Of a DNA stretch of 64,000 bases, positions 22,601 to 38,112 are shown in pieces. Made by a program: the position numbers and the translations under genes. Source of the stretch: Camelus dromedarius (lineage: Eukaryota); the NCBI RefSeq assembly GCF_036321535.1, contig NC_087437.1, forward strand, positions 2,108,001 through 2,172,000, in the 5' to 3' direction. Under the pieces are notes generated by a model. That model was not told the origin of the DNA. It made no database searches and was given only the letters and a program-made list of their open reading frames with translations. Within the stretch, counting starts at the first letter, position 1. Each line of letters starts with the position of its first letter.

Positions 22601-25600
22601 AGACAAACTTAATACATTTTTCTCCTCCTCCATTAGATAGATGGAAAGTGAGATTGACCGATACACCCAGTAGCCGCTACCTTCTCCTGTTAGAGATACC
22701 GAGAGATAGCCAGACACATGGGATTATTTCTTCTTCTCCATTTGATATAGATAGAGACACACTCACAGACACACAGACAGACAGACACACTACTCTTCTC
22801 CTGCTCTGACAGACAGAGAGATAGACACTCTAGCCTCCTCCTTCTTCTCGAATACATACAGCTGCATAGATAGATATCTCCTATATAGACAGACAGACTT
22901 ACTAGCTTACTCCTCGTCCATTCGATGCACACATAGACTGTTAGACAGACACAGTAGCCTCTTCCCCTCTTTGTTACACATACTTTGATAAAGAGACCCG
23001 CACGCACACACACACACACATACACACAGGCTAGCATCCTCCTCTTCCTCAAGTAGGTAGATAGGGAGATAGAAACACTAAATTCCTGCTCCGACAGACA
23101 CACAAATAAAAAGACACACTTGCCTACTGCTGTGCCTGAACTACATAGGTCGATTTTTACACAGATTGATAGATACACAGATAGATAGAGAGATAGATAG
23201 GTAGAGAGGCAGGCAAATGGAGAGACATAATTTTCGCCTCCTCCTCCAGTAGATATATAGACAGACACACACATAGTCTAGCCTCTCGCATCCTCCAATA
23301 GATAGACAATCAGCCAGGCAGTCAGACAGACTGACACACGTGAGGCGCTGTGCAGTTTGGGGTTGGGTTTCAGCGGCGTCCACCGTGGACAGTTGTGCCC
23401 CTGGCGAGTCATAGGATTTTATCCCATGTCCCTAGCTGCCTTGCCTGCGGGCGGCCCCCGCTCCCCCAAATTCGACGGACTGAAGCTTTCAAGTTAGCCT
23501 GCTCGTGGCAGCAGGCGTTGTAAGGAAAGTGGAAGAGGTGAGCGGCAGCTCCGGAAGCGGCAGAGCATCTAAGGGGGATGCCTCGGCGAATCGGTCATTT
23601 TCCTCCCATTTCCCCCTCTCCTGGCCTCGGGGCAGCCTCTGCTACCCCAGGAGTGCGGGATTTCGTTGTCCTTGTCAGCCAGGTCCTAGGAAGCTGTCGA
23701 GGTGTGCTCAGGGAACAGGGATGTCGCTTCTAGAGGACTGCCTCGGGTGAGCCGATCAGTTTGCTCCCATCTCCACAAGCGCCTGGCCTGGGGGCGGCCT
23801 CTCCTTCCCCAGGTTCCCAGTATGCATGTTTCCAGCTCAGCCTGTGCCCTTAGGCAGGCGCGGTGTTCTTAGGGGCTGCATTGAGGAGGCGGGGCTGCTC
23901 CACCGAGCCCGTGTATTTGCACAGATCTCCCCGTTGACCGGTCCTAGGGTTGGTCTCTGCTACCCTAGGTACACGATGTACACATCTCGTTGTTTTCCGG
24001 CCCCCGGGAGGCAAGTGCGGGGTGGTCAGGGGGCGGGGGGGGGGGTGGCGTTGGCGCCTACACAGAGGGAGGAAGAGGGATGCACGGGCTGTCCAGGGAA
24101 GCCTGTGGATTTCCATCCAGTGTCCCCCTCGGCGTGCAATGATGGCACCCTCTGCTGCTTCAGGGTGACAATTGGCATCCCTCCAGCTGGGCCTAATAAA
24201 GGGAGGCTTCCTCCATTAGACAGACAGAGAGACATATAAAGAGACAGACAGACACACTAGCCTCTTCATCCATTGAGAAACAGCCGTATATCCTAACCTC
24301 CTCCTCCTCATTCATTATATAGGTAGGCAGATACATATATAGACAGACACACACACACACATACACACACTAGCCTCTTCCTACTCCTCAATTATGTAGG
24401 TAGAGAGACACACTAATCTCCTCCTCCATTAGATAATACATAGACAAACTTAATACATTTTTCTCCTCCTCCATTAGATAGATGGAAAGTGAGATTGACC
24501 GATACACCCAGTAGCCGCTACCTTCTCCTGTTAGAGATACCGAGAGATAGCCAGACACATGGGATTATTTCTTCTTCTCCATTTGATATAGATAGAGACA
24601 CACTCACAGACACACAGACAGACAGACACACTACTCTTCTCCTGCTCTGACAGACAGAGAGATAGACACTCTAGCCTCCTCCTTCTTCTCGAATACATAC
24701 AGCTGCATAGATAGATATCTCCTATATAGACAGACAGACTTACTAGCTTACTCCTCGTCCATTCGATGCACACATAGACTGTTAGACAGACACAGTAGCC
24801 TCTTCCCCTCTTTGTTACACATACTTTGATAAAGAGACCCGCACGCACACACACACACACATACACACAGGCTAGCATCCTCCTCTTCCTCAAGTAGGTA
24901 GATAGGGAGATAGAAACACTAAATTCCTGCTCCGACAGACACACAAATAAAAAGACACACTTGCCTACTGCTGTGCCTGAACTACATAGGTCGATTTTTA
25001 CACAGATTGATAGATACACAGATAGATAGAGAGATAGATAGGTAGAGAGGCAGGCAAATGGAGAGACATAATTTTCGCCTCCTCCTCCAGTAGATATATA
25101 GACAGACACACACATAGTCTAGCCTCTCGCATCCTCCAATAGATAGACAATCAGCCAGGCAGTCAGACAGACTGACACACGTGAGGCGCTGTGCAGTTTG
25201 GGGTTGGGTTTCAGCGGCGTCCACCGGGGACAGTTGTGCCCCTGGCGAGTCATAGGATTTTATCCCATGTCCCTAGCTGCCTTGCCTGCGGGCGGCCCCC
25301 GCTCCCCCAAATTCGACGAACTGAAGCTTTCAAGTTAGCCTGCTCGTGGCAGCAGGCGTTGTAAGGAAAGTGGAAGAGGTCAGCGGCAGCTCCGGAAGCG
25401 GCAGAGCATCTAAGGGGGATGCCTTGGCGAATCGGTCATTTTCCTCCCATTTCCCCCTCTCCTGGCCTCGGGGCAGCCTCTGCTACCGCAGGAGTGCGGG
25501 ATTTCGTTGTCCTTCTCAGCCAGGTCCTAGGAAGCTGTCGAGGTGTGCTCAGGGAACAGGGATTTTACTTCTAGAGGACTGCCTCGGGTGAGCCGATCAG

Positions 25601-26715
25601 TTTGCTCCCATCTCCAAAAGCGCCTGGCCTGGGGGCGGCCTCTCCTTCCCCAGGTTCCCAGTATGCATGTTTCCAGCTCAGCCTGTGCCCTTAGGCAGGC
25701 GCGGTGTTCTTAGGGGCTGCATTGAGGAGGCGGGGCTGCTCCACCGAGCCCGTGTATTTGCACAGATCTCCCCGTTGACCGGTCCTAGGGTTGGTCTCTG
25801 CTACCCTAGTTACACGATGTACACATCTCGGTGTTTTCCGGCTCCCGGGAGGCAAGTGCGGGGTGGTCAGGGGGCGGGGTGGGGGGTTGGAGTGGCGGTG
25901 GCGCCTACACAGAGGGAAGAAGAGGGATGCACGGGCTGTCCAGGGAAGCCTGTGGATTTCCATCCAGTGTCCCCCTCGGCGTGCAATAAGGGCGCCCTCT
26001 GCTGCTTCAGGGTGGGATTTGGCAACCCTCCAGCTGGGCCTAATAAAGGGAGGCTTCCTCCATTAGAGAGAGAGACATAAAATAGACAGACAGACACACT
26101 AGCCTCTTCCTCCATTTAGAAACACCCATATGTCTTAACCTTCTCCTCCTAATCCATTATATAGGTAGACAGATACATACATAGACAGACAGACAGACAG
26201 ACACACACACACACACAAACCCAAACCCACACACAACCTTCCCTCCTACCAGTCCTCAATTAAGTAGGTAGAGAGACACACTAATCGCCTTCTCCATTAG
26301 ATAATAAACAGACAAACGGTATAGACTATTTCTACTCCTCATTTAGATAGATGGAATGTGAGACTGACGCATTCACACACTAGCCTCTACCTTCTCCTGT
26401 TAGAGAGACAGACAGATAGCCAGACTCATGAAATCCTCCATCTTCTCCATTAGATATACATAGAGAAATCTCTAAGATGCACAGTGAGACAAACACTAGT
26501 CTTCTCCTCCTCTGACAGGCCGAGGGATAGATAATCAAGCCTCCTCATTCTTTTCCATTAGGTATAGTTACATACATACATATCTGATAATAGACAGCCA
26601 GACAGACATACTAGCCTACTCTTCCTCCATCAGATACATACATAGACTGATAGACAGATACAGTAGGCTCCTCCCCCTTTAGATACAGATACATAGATAG
26701 ACATCCCCACGAGCC

Positions 26716-26756
<41 letters not shown>

Positions 26757-27026
26757 GCCTTCTCCTCTTCCTCAAAGAGCTAGATAGTTATATAGACACA
26801 CTAAAATTCTACTCCAACAGACAGAATTTTAAATGACACACTATCTTACTGCTATGCCTCCCCACATAGATAGATAGCTAGCCAGATCGATAGAGAGGCA
26901 GGCAAATAGAGAGTCATACTAGTCGCCTCCTCCTCCGTTGGAGAGACAGACAGACACACACATAGTCTAGCTTCAACCATCCTCCAATAGATAGTCATTC
27001 AGGCAAGCAGTCAAACAGACAGACAC
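19643..27026. repeat. HOR 5: 4-mer A-B'-B-C (7384 bp)
   Basis: A-to-A distance 27039-19655; blocks at 21664, 23505, 25346. Confidence 0.95.
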
Positions 27027-30000
27027 ACCAGAGGCGGGGTGCCGTCTGCCTACCTGGTTCGGCGGCGGGGCCCGGGGAAGAGGGTGCCCCTGGTGAACCA
27101 GAGGATTTTCTCCCATGTCCCTAGCTGCCTTGCCTCTGGGCGGCCTCCGCTAACCCAAGTTCGCCGGACGCAAGCCTTTGAAGTCAGCCTGCTCCTGGGA
27201 GCCGGCGAGGTAAGGACAGGGGAAGTGGTCAGCGGCAGACACGGAGGCGGCCCAGAACGCAAGAGGGATGCCTCGGCGAGTCGGTCATTTTCCTACCATC
27301 CCCCCTCTCCTGGCCTCGGGGCGGCCTCTGCTACCGCAGGTGTGCGGCAATTAATTCTCCTTGTCAGCCAGGTCCTGGGAGTCTGTCCAGGTGAGCCCAA
27401 GGGACACGGACGTCGCGGGGAGCGGACTGCCTCGGGTTAGCCGATCAGTTTGCTCCCATCCCCACAAGCGCCTGGCCTGGGGGCGGCCTGTCCTGCGCCA
27501 GGTTCAGAGTATGCACGTTTCCAGCTCAGCCAGCCCACCCGAGGCCGGCGCGCTGTGATCAGGGTCTGCAATGAGAAGTCGGGGCTGACTCACCGAGCCC
27601 GTGTATTTGTTCAGATCTCCCTCTTGGCTGGTCCTGGGCTAGGCCTCTACTACCCTAGGTCCACGAGGTGCTCATCTCTGTGTTTTTCAGCTCCGGGGAA
27701 GCCAGTGCGGGGTGGTCAGGGGGCGGGGAGGGGGCGGGGCGGGGGCGGGGCGGGGGCAGCTACAGAGAGGGCTGAAGCGGGATGCACGGGCTGCCCAGGC
27801 AAGCCTGCGGAATTCCATCCAGTGTCCCCCTCGGCCTGCAATGCGGGCGCCCTCTGCTGCTTCAGGGTGGCAATTGGCATCCCTCCAGGTGGGTCGAGTA
27901 CTGGGAGGCTTCCTCCTTTAGACAGACAGAGAGACAAATAAAGAGACAGACAGACACACTAGCCTCTTCATCCATTGAGAAACAGCCGTATATCCTAACC
28001 TCCTCCTCCTCATTCATTATATAGGTAGACAGATACATATATAGACAGACACACACACACACATACACACACTAGCCTCTTCCTACTCCTCAATTAAGTA
28101 GGTAGAGAGACACACTAATCTCCTCCTCCTTTAGATAATACATAGACAAACTTAATACATTTTTCTCCTCCTCCATTAGATAGATGGAAAGTGAGATTGA
28201 CCGATACACCCAGTAGCCGCTACCTTCTCCTGTTAGAGATACCGAGAGATAGCCAGACACATGGGATTATTTCTTCTTCTCCATTTGATATAGATAGAGA
28301 CACACTCACAGACACACAGACAGACAGACACACTACTCTTCTCCTGCTCTGACAGACAGAGAGATAGACACTCTAGCCTCCTCCTTCTTCTCGAATACAT
28401 ACAGCTGCATAGATAGATATCTCCTATATAGACAGACAGACTTACTAGCTTACTCCTCGTCCATTCGATGCACACATAGACTGTTAGACAGACACAGTAG
28501 CCTCTTCCCCTCTTTGTTACACATACTTTGATAAAGAGACCCGCACGCACACACACACACACATACACACAGGCTAGCATCCTCCTCTTCCTCAAGTAGG
28601 TAGATAGGGAGATAGAAACACTAAATTCCTGCTCCGACAGACACACAAATAAAAAGACACACTTGCCTACTGCTGTGCCTGAACTACATAGGTCGATTTT
28701 TACACAGATTGATAGATACACAGATAGATAGAGAGATAGATAGGTAGAGAGGCAGGCAAATGGAGAGACATAATTTTCGCCTCCTCCTCCAGTAGATATA
28801 TAGACAGACACACACATAGTCTAGCCTCTCGCATCCTCCAATAGATAGACAATCAGCCAGGCAGTCAGACAGACTGACACACGTGAGGCGCTGTGCAGTT
28901 TGGGGTTGGGTTTCAGCGGCGTCCACCGTGGACAGTTGTGCCCCTGGCGAGTCATAGGATTTTATCCCATGTCCCTAGCTGCCTTGCCTGCGGGCGGCCC
29001 CCGCTCCCCCAAATTCGACGGACTGAAGCTTTCAAGTTAGCCTGCTCGTGGCAGCAGGCGTTGTAAGGAAAGTGGAAGAGGTGAGCGGCAGCTCCGGAAG
29101 CGGCAGAGCATCTAAGGGGGATGCCTCGGCGAATCGGTCATTTTCCTCCCATTTCCCCCTCTCCTGGCCTCGGGGCAGCCTCTGCTACCCCAGGAGTGCG
29201 GGATTTCGTTGTCCTTGTCAGCCAGGTCCTAGGAAGCTGTCGAGGTGTGCTCAGGGAACAGGGATGTCGCTTCTAGAGGACTGCCTCGGGTGAGCCGATC
29301 AGTTTGCTCCCATCTCCACAAGCGCCTGGCCTGGGGGCGGCCTCTCCTTCCCCAGGTTCCCAGTATGCATGTTTCCAGCTCAGCCTGTGCCCTTAGGCAG
29401 GCGCGGTGTTCTTAGGGGCTGCATTGAGGAGGCGGGGCTGCTCGACCGAGCCCGTGTATTTGCACAGATCTCCCCGTTGACCGGTCCTAGGGTTGGTCTC
29501 TGCTACCCTAGGTACACGATGTACACATCTCGTTGTTTTCCGGCCCCCGGGAGGCAAGTGCGGGGTGGTCAGGGGGCGGGGGGGGGGTGGCGTTGGCGCC
29601 TACACAGAGGGAGGAAGAGGGATGCACGGGCTGTCCAGGGAAGCCTGTGGATTTCCATCCAGTGTCCCCCTCGGCGTGCAATGATGGCACCCTCTGCTGC
29701 TTCAGGGTGACAATTGGCATCCCTCCAGCTGGGCCTAATAAAGGGAGGCTTCCTCCATTAGACAGACAGAGAGACATATAAAGAGACAGACAGACACACT
29801 AGCCTCTTCATCCATTGAGAAACAGCCGTATATCCTAACCTCCTCCTCCTCATTCATTATATAGGTAGGCAGATACATATATAGACAGACACACACACAC
29901 ACATACACACACTAGCCTCTTCCTACTCCTCAATTATGTAGGTAGAGAGACACACTAATCTCCTCCTCCATTAGATAATACATAGACAAACTTAATACAT

Positions 30001-32257
30001 TTTTCTCCTCCTCCATTAGATAGATGGAAAGTGAGATTGACCGATACACCCAGTAGCCGCTACCTTCTCCTGTTAGAGATACCGAGAGATAGCCAGACAC
30101 ATGGGATTATTTCTTCTTCTCCATTTGATATAGATAGAGACACACTCACAGACACACAGACAGACAGACACACTACTCTTCTCCTGCTCTGACAGACAGA
30201 GAGATAGACACTCTAGCCTCCTCCTTCTTCTCGAATACATACAGCTGCATAGATAGATATCTCCTATATAGACAGACAGACTTACTAGCTTACTCCTCGT
30301 CCATTCGATGCACACATAGACTGTTAGACAGACACAGTAGCCTCTTCCCCTCTTTGTTACACATACTTTGATAAAGAGACCCGCACGCACACACACACAC
30401 ACATACACACAGGCTAGCATCCTCCTCTTCCTCAAGTAGGTAGATAGGGAGATAGAAACACTAAATTCCTGCTCCGACAGACACACAAATAAAAAGACAC
30501 ACTTGCCTACTGCTGTGCCTGAACTACATAGGTCGATTTTTACACAGATTGATAGATACACAGATAGATAGAGAGATAGATAGGTAGAGAGGCAGGCAAA
30601 TGGAGAGACATAATTTTCGCCTCCTCCTCCAGTAGATATATAGACAGACACACACATAGTCTAGCCTCTCGCATCCTCCAATAGATAGACAATCAGCCAG
30701 GCAGTCAGACAGACTGACACACGTGAGGCGCTGTGCAGTTTGGGGTTGGGTTTCAGCGGCGTCCACCGGGGACAGTTGTGCCCCTGGCGAGTCATAGGAT
30801 TTTATCCCATGTCCCTAGCTGCCTTGCCTGCGGGCGGCCCCCGCTCCCCCAAATTCGACGAACTGAAGCTTTCAAGTTAGCCTGCTCGTGGCAGCAGGCG
30901 TTGTAAGGAAAGTGGAAGAGGTCAGCGGCAGCTCCGGAAGCGGCAGAGCATCTAAGGGGGATGCCTTGGCGAATCGGTCATTTTCCTCCCATTTCCCCCT
31001 CTCCTGGCCTCGGGGCAGCCTCTGCTACCGCAGGAGTGCGGGATTTCGTTGTCCTTCTCAGCCAGGTCCTAGGAAGCTGTCGAGGTGTGCTCAGGGAACA
31101 GGGATTTTACTTCTAGAGGACTGCCTCGGGTGAGCCGATCAGTTTGCTCCCATCTCCAAAAGCGCCTGGCCTGGGGGCGGCCTCTCCTTCCCCAGGTTCC
31201 CAGTATGCATGTTTCCAGCTCAGCCTGTGCCCTTAGGCAGGCGCGGTGTTCTTAGGGGCTGCATTGAGGAGGCGGGGCTGCTCCACCGAGCCCGTGTATT
31301 TGCACAGATCTCCCCGTTGACCGGTCCTAGGGTTGGTCTCTGCTACCCTAGTTACACGATGTACACATCTCGGTGTTTTCCGGCTCCCGGGAGGCAAGTG
31401 CGGGGTGGTCAGGGGGCGGGGTGGGGGGTTGGAGTGGCGGTGGCGCCTACACAGAGGGAAGAAGAGGGATGCACGGGCTGTCCAGGGAAGCCTGTGGATT
31501 TCCATCCAGTGTCCCCCTCGGCGTGCAATAAGGGCGCCCTCTGCTGCTTCAGGGTGGGATTTGGCAACCCTCCAGCTGGGCCTAATAAAGGGAGGCTTCC
31601 TCCATTAGAGAGAGAGACATAAAATAGACAGACAGACACACTAGCCTCTTCCTCCATTTAGAAACACCCATATGTCTTAACCTTCTCCTCCTAATCCATT
31701 ATATAGGTAGACAGATACATACATAGACAGACAGACAGACAGACACACACACACACACAAACCCAAACCCACACACAACCTTCCCTCCTACCAGTCCTCA
31801 ATTAAGTAGGTAGAGAGACACACTAATCGCCTTCTCCATTAGATAATAAACAGACAAACGGTATAGACTATTTCTACTCCTCATTTAGATAGATGGAATG
31901 TGAGACTGACGCATTCACACACTAGCCTCTACCTTCTCCTGTTAGAGAGACAGACAGATAGCCAGACTCATGAAATCCTCCATCTTCTCCATTAGATATA
32001 CATAGAGAAATCTCTAAGATGCACAGTGAGACAAACACTAGTCTTCTCCTCCTCTGACAGGCCGAGGGATAGATAATCAAGCCTCCTCATTCTTTTCCAT
32101 TAGGTATAGTTACATACATACATATCTGATAATAGACAGCCAGACAGACATACTAGCCTACTCTTCCTCCATCAGATACATACATAGACTGATAGACAGA
32201 TACAGTAGGCTCCTCCCCCTTTAGATACAGATACATAGATAGACATCCCCACGAGCC

Positions 32258-32298
<41 letters not shown>

Positions 32299-32568
32299 GC
32301 CTTCTCCTCTTCCTCAAAGAGCTAGATAGTTATATAGACACACTAAAATTCTACTCCAACAGACAGAATTTTAAATGACACACTATCTTACTGCTATGCC
32401 TCCCCACATAGATAGATAGCTAGCCAGATCGATAGAGAGGCAGGCAAATAGAGAGTCATACTAGTCGCCTCCTCCTCCGTTGGAGAGACGGACAGACACA
32501 CACATAGTCTAGCTTCAACCATCCTCCAATAGATAGTCATTCAGGCAAGCAGTCAAACAGACAGACAC
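27027..32568. repeat. HOR 6: 3-mer A-B-C (5542 bp)
   Basis: A-to-A distance 32581-27039. Confidence 0.95.
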
Positions 32569-35500
32569 ACCAGAGGCGGGGTGCCGTCTGCCTACCTGGT
32601 TCGGCGGCGGGGCCCGGGGAAGAGGGTGCCCCTGGTGAACCAGAGGATTTTCTCCCATGTCCCTAGCTGCCTTGCCTCTGGGCGGCCTCCGCTAACCCAA
32701 GTTCGCCGGACGCAAGCCTTTGAAGTCAGCCTGCTCCTGGGAGCCGGCGAGGTAAGGACAGGGGAAGTGGTCAGCGGCAGACACGGAGGCGGCCCAGAAC
32801 GCAAGAGGGATGCCTCGGCGAGTCGGTCATTTTCCTACCATCCCCCCTCTCCTGGCCTCGGGGCGGCCTCTGCTACCGCAGGTGTGCGGCAATTAATTCT
32901 CCTTGTCAGCCAGGTCCTGGGAGTCTGTCCAGGTGAGCCCAAGGGACACGGACGTCGCGGGGAGCGGACTGCCTCGGGTTAGCCGATCAGTTTGCTCCCA
33001 TCCCCACAAGCGCCTGGCCTGGGGGCGGCCTGTCCTGCGCCAGGTTCAGAGTATGCACGTTTCCAGCTCAGCCAGCCCACCCGAGGCCGGCGCGCTGTGA
33101 TCAGGGTCTGCAATGAGAAGTCGGGGCTGACTCACCGAGCCCGTGTATTTGTTCAGATCTCCCTCTTGGCTGGTCCTGGGCTAGGCCTCTACTACCCTAG
33201 GTCCACGAGGTGCTCATCTCTGTGTTTTTCAGCTCCGGGGAAGCCAGTGCGGGGTGGTCAGGGGGCGGGGAGGGGGCGGGGCGGGGGCGGGGCGGGGGCA
33301 GCTACAGAGAGGGCTGAAGCGGGATGCACGGGCTGCCCAGGCAAGCCTGCGGAATTCCATCCAGTGTCCCCCTCGGCCTGCAATGCGGGCGCCCTCTGCT
33401 GCTTCAGGGTGGCAATTGGCATCCCTCCAGGTGGGTCGAGTACTGGGAGGCTTCCTCCTTTAGACAGACAGAGAGACAAATAAAGAGACAGACAGACACA
33501 CTAGCCTCTTCATCCATTGAGAAACAGCCGTATATCCTAACCTCCTCCTCCTCATTCATTATATAGGTAGACAGATACATATATAGACAGACACACACAC
33601 ACACATACACACACTAGCCTCTTCCTACTCCTCAATTAAGTAGGTAGAGAGACACACTAATCTCCTCCTCCTTTAGATAATACATAGACAAACTTAATAC
33701 ATTTTTCTCCTCCTCCATTAGATAGATGGAAAGTGAGATTGACCGATACACCCAGTAGCCGCTACCTTCTCCTGTTAGAGATACCGAGAGATAGCCAGAC
33801 ACATGGGATTATTTCTTCTTCTCCATTTGATATAGATAGAGACACACTCACAGACACACAGACAGACAGACACACTACTCTTCTCCTGCTCTGACAGACA
33901 GAGAGATAGACACTCTAGCCTCCTCCTTCTTCTCGAATACATACAGCTGCATAGATAGATATCTCCTATATAGACAGACAGACTTACTAGCTTACTCCTC
34001 GTCCATTCGATGCACACATAGACTGTTAGACAGACACAGTAGCCTCTTCCCCTCTTTGTTACACATACTTTGATAAAGAGACCCGCACGCACACACACAC
34101 ACACATACACACAGGCTAGCATCCTCCTCTTCCTCAAGTAGGTAGATAGGGAGATAGAAACACTAAATTCCTGCTCCGACAGACACACAAATAAAAAGAC
34201 ACACTTGCCTACTGCTGTGCCTGAACTACATAGGTCGATTTTTACACAGATTGATAGATACACAGATAGATAGAGAGATAGATAGGTAGAGAGGCAGGCA
34301 AATGGAGAGACATAATTTTCGCCTCCTCATCCAGTAGATATATAGACAGACACACACATAGTCTAGCCTCTCGCATCCTCCAATAGATAGACAATCAGCC
34401 AGGCAGTCAGACAGACTGACACACGTGAGGCGCTGTGCAGTTTGGGGTTGGGTTTCAGCGGCGTCCACCGTGGACAGTTGTGCCCCTGGCGAGTCATAGG
34501 ATTTTATCCCATGTCCCTAGCTGCCTTGCCTGCGGGCGGCCCCCGCTCCCCCAAATTCGACGGACTGAAGCTTTCAAGTTAGCCTGCTCGTGGCAGCAGG
34601 CGTTGTAAGGAAAGTGGAAGAGGTGAGCGGCAGCTCCGGAAGCGGCAGAGCATCTAAGGGGGATGCCTCGGCGAATCGGTCATTTTCCTCCCATTTCCCC
34701 CTCTCCTGGCCTCGGGGCAGCCTCTGCTACCCCAGGAGTGCGGGATTTCGTTGTCCTTGTCAGCCAGGTCCTAGGAAGCTGTCGAGGTGTGCTCAGGGAA
34801 CAGGGATGTCGCTTCTAGAGGACTGCCTCGGGTGAGCCGATCAGTTTGCTCCCATCTCCACAAGCGCCTGGCCTGGGGGCGGCCTCTCCTTCCCCAGGTT
34901 CCCAGTATGCATGTTTCCAGCTCAGCCTGTGCCCTTAGGCAGGCGCGGTGTTCTTAGGGGCTGCATTGAGGAGGCGGGGCTGCTCCACCGAGCCCGTGTA
35001 TTTGCACAGATCTCCCCGTTGACCGGTCCTAGGGTTGGTCTCTGCTACCCTAGGTACACGATGTACACATCTCGTTGTTTTCCGGCCCCCGGGAGGCAAG
35101 TGCGGGGTGGTCAGGGGGCGGGGGGGGGGGGTGGCGTTGGCGCCTACACAGAGGGAGGAAGAGGGATGCACGGGCTGTCCAGGGAAGCCTGTGGATTTCC
35201 ATCCAGTGTCCCCCTCGGCGTGCAATGATGGCACCCTCTGCTGCTTCAGGGTGACAATTGGCATCCCTCCAGCTGGGCCTAATAAAGGGAGGCTTCCTCC
35301 ATTAGACAGACAGAGAGACATATAAAGAGACAGACAGACACACTAGCCTCTTCATCCATTGAGAAACAGCCGTATATCCTAACCTCCTCCTCCTCATTCA
35401 TTATATAGGTAGGCAGATACATATATAGACAGACACACACACACACATACACACACTAGCCTCTTCCTACTCCTCAATTATGTAGGTAGAGAGACACACT

Positions 35501-37801
35501 AATCTCCTCCTCCATTAGATAATACATAGACAAACTTAATACATTTTTCTCCTCCTCCATTAGATAGATGGAAAGTGAGATTGACCGATACACCCAGTAG
35601 CCGCTACCTTCTCCTGTTAGAGATACCGAGAGATAGCCAGACACATGGGATTATTTCTTCTTCTCCATTTGATATAGATAGAGACACACTCACAGACACA
35701 CAGACAGACAGACACACTACTCTTCTCCTGCTCTGACAGACAGAGAGATAGACACTCTAGCCTCCTCCTTCTTCTCGAATACATACAGCTGCATAGATAG
35801 ATATCTCCTATATAGACAGACAGACTTACTAGCTTACTCCTCGTCCATTCGATGCACACATAGACTGTTAGACAGACACAGTAGCCTCTTCCCCTCTTTG
35901 TTACACATACTTTGATAAAGAGACCCGCACGCACACACACACACACATACACACAGGCTAGCATCCTCCTCTTCCTCAAGTAGGTAGATAGGGAGATAGA
36001 AACACTAAATTCCTGCTCCGACAGACACACAAATAAAAAGACACACTTGCCTACTGCTGTGCCTGAACTACATAGGTCGATTTTTACACAGATTGATAGA
36101 TACACAGATAGATAGAGAGATAGATAGGTAGAGAGGCAGGCAAATGGAGAGACATAATTTTCGCCTCCTCCTCCAGTAGATATATAGACAGACACACACA
36201 TAGTCTAGCCTCTCGCATCCTCCAATAGATAGACAATCAGCCAGGCAGTCAGACAGACTGACACACGTGAGGCGCTGTGCAGTTTGGGGTTGGGTTTCAG
36301 CGGCGTCCACCGGGGACAGTTGTGCCCCTGGCGAGTCATAGGATTTTATCCCATGTCCCTAGCTGCCTTGCCTGCGGGCGGCCCCCGCTCCCCCAAATTC
36401 GACGAACTGAAGCTTTCAAGTTAGCCTGCTCGTGGCAGCAGGCGTTGTAAGGAAAGTGGAAGAGGTCAGCGGCAGCTCCGGAAGCGGCAGAGCATCTAAG
36501 GGGGATGCCTTGGCGAATCGGTCATTTTCCTCCCATTTCCCCCTCTCCTGGCCTCGGGGCAGCCTCTGCTACCGCAGGAGTGCGGGATTTCGTTGTCCTT
36601 CTCAGCCAGGTCCTAGGAAGCTGTCGAGGTGTGCTCAGGGAACAGGGATTTTACTTCTAGAGGACTGCCTCGGGTGAGCCGATCAGTTTGCTCCCATCTC
36701 CAAAAGCGCCTGGCCTGGGGGCGGCCTCTCCTTCCCCAGGTTCCCAGTATGCATGTTTCCAGCTCAGCCTGTGCCCTTAGGCAGGCGCGGTGTTCTTAGG
36801 GGCTGCATTGAGGAGGCGGGGCTGCTCCACCGAGCCCGTGTATTTGCACAGATCTCCCCGTTGACCGGTCCTAGGGTTGGTCTCTGCTACCCTAGTTACA
36901 CGATGTACACATCTCGGTGTTTTCCGGCTCCCGGGAGGCAAGTGCGGGGTGGTCAGGGGGCGGGGTGGGGGGTTGGAGTGGCGGTGGCGCCTACACAGAG
37001 GGAAGAAGAGGGATGCACGGGCTGTCCAGGGAAGCCTGTGGATTTCCATCCAGTGTCCCCCTCGGCGTGCAATAAGGGCGCCCTCTGCTGCTTCAGGGTG
37101 GGATTTGGCAACCCTCCAGCTGGGCCTAATAAAGGGAGGCTTCCTCCATTAGAGAGAGAGACATAAAATAGACAGACAGACACACTAGCCTCTTCCTCCA
37201 TTTAGAAACACCCATATGTCTTAACCTTCTCCTCCTAATCCATTATATAGGTAGACAGATACATACATAGACAGACAGACAGACAGACACACACACACAC
37301 ACAAACCCAAACCCACACACAACCTTCCCTCCTACCAGTCCTCAATTAAGTAGGTAGAGAGACACACTAATCGCCTTCTCCATTAGATAATAAACAGACA
37401 AACGGTATAGACTATTTCTACTCCTCATTTAGATAGATGGAATGTGAGACTGACGCATTCACACACTAGCCTCTACCTTCTCCTGTTAGAGAGACAGACA
37501 GATAGCCAGACTCATGAAATCCTCCATCTTCTCCATTAGATATACATAGAGAAATCTCTAAGATGCACAGTGAGACAAACACTAGTCTTCTCCTCCTCTG
37601 ACAGGCCGAGGGATAGATAATCAAGCCTCCTCATTCTTTTCCATTAGGTATAGTTACATACATACATATCTGATAATAGACAGCCAGACAGACATACTAG
37701 CCTACTCTTCCTCCATCAGATACATACATAGACTGATAGACAGATACAGTAGGCTCCTCCCCCTTTAGATACAGATACATAGATAGACATCCCCACGAGC
37801 C

Positions 37802-37842
<41 letters not shown>

Positions 37843-38112
37843 GCCTTCTCCTCTTCCTCAAAGAGCTAGATAGTTATATAGACACACTAAAATTCTACTC
37901 CAACAGACAGAATTTTAAATGACACACTATCTTACTGCTATGCCTCCCCACATAGATAGATAGCTAGCCAGATCGATAGAGAGGCAGGCAAATAGAGAGT
38001 CATACTAGTCGCCTCCTCCTCCGTTGGAGAGACGGACAGACACACACATAGTCTAGCTTCAACCATCCTCCAATAGATAGTCATTCAGGCAAGCAGTCAA
38101 ACAGACAGACAC
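32569..38112. repeat. HOR 7: 3-mer A-B-C (5544 bp)
   Basis: A-to-A distance 38125-32581. Confidence 0.95.
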
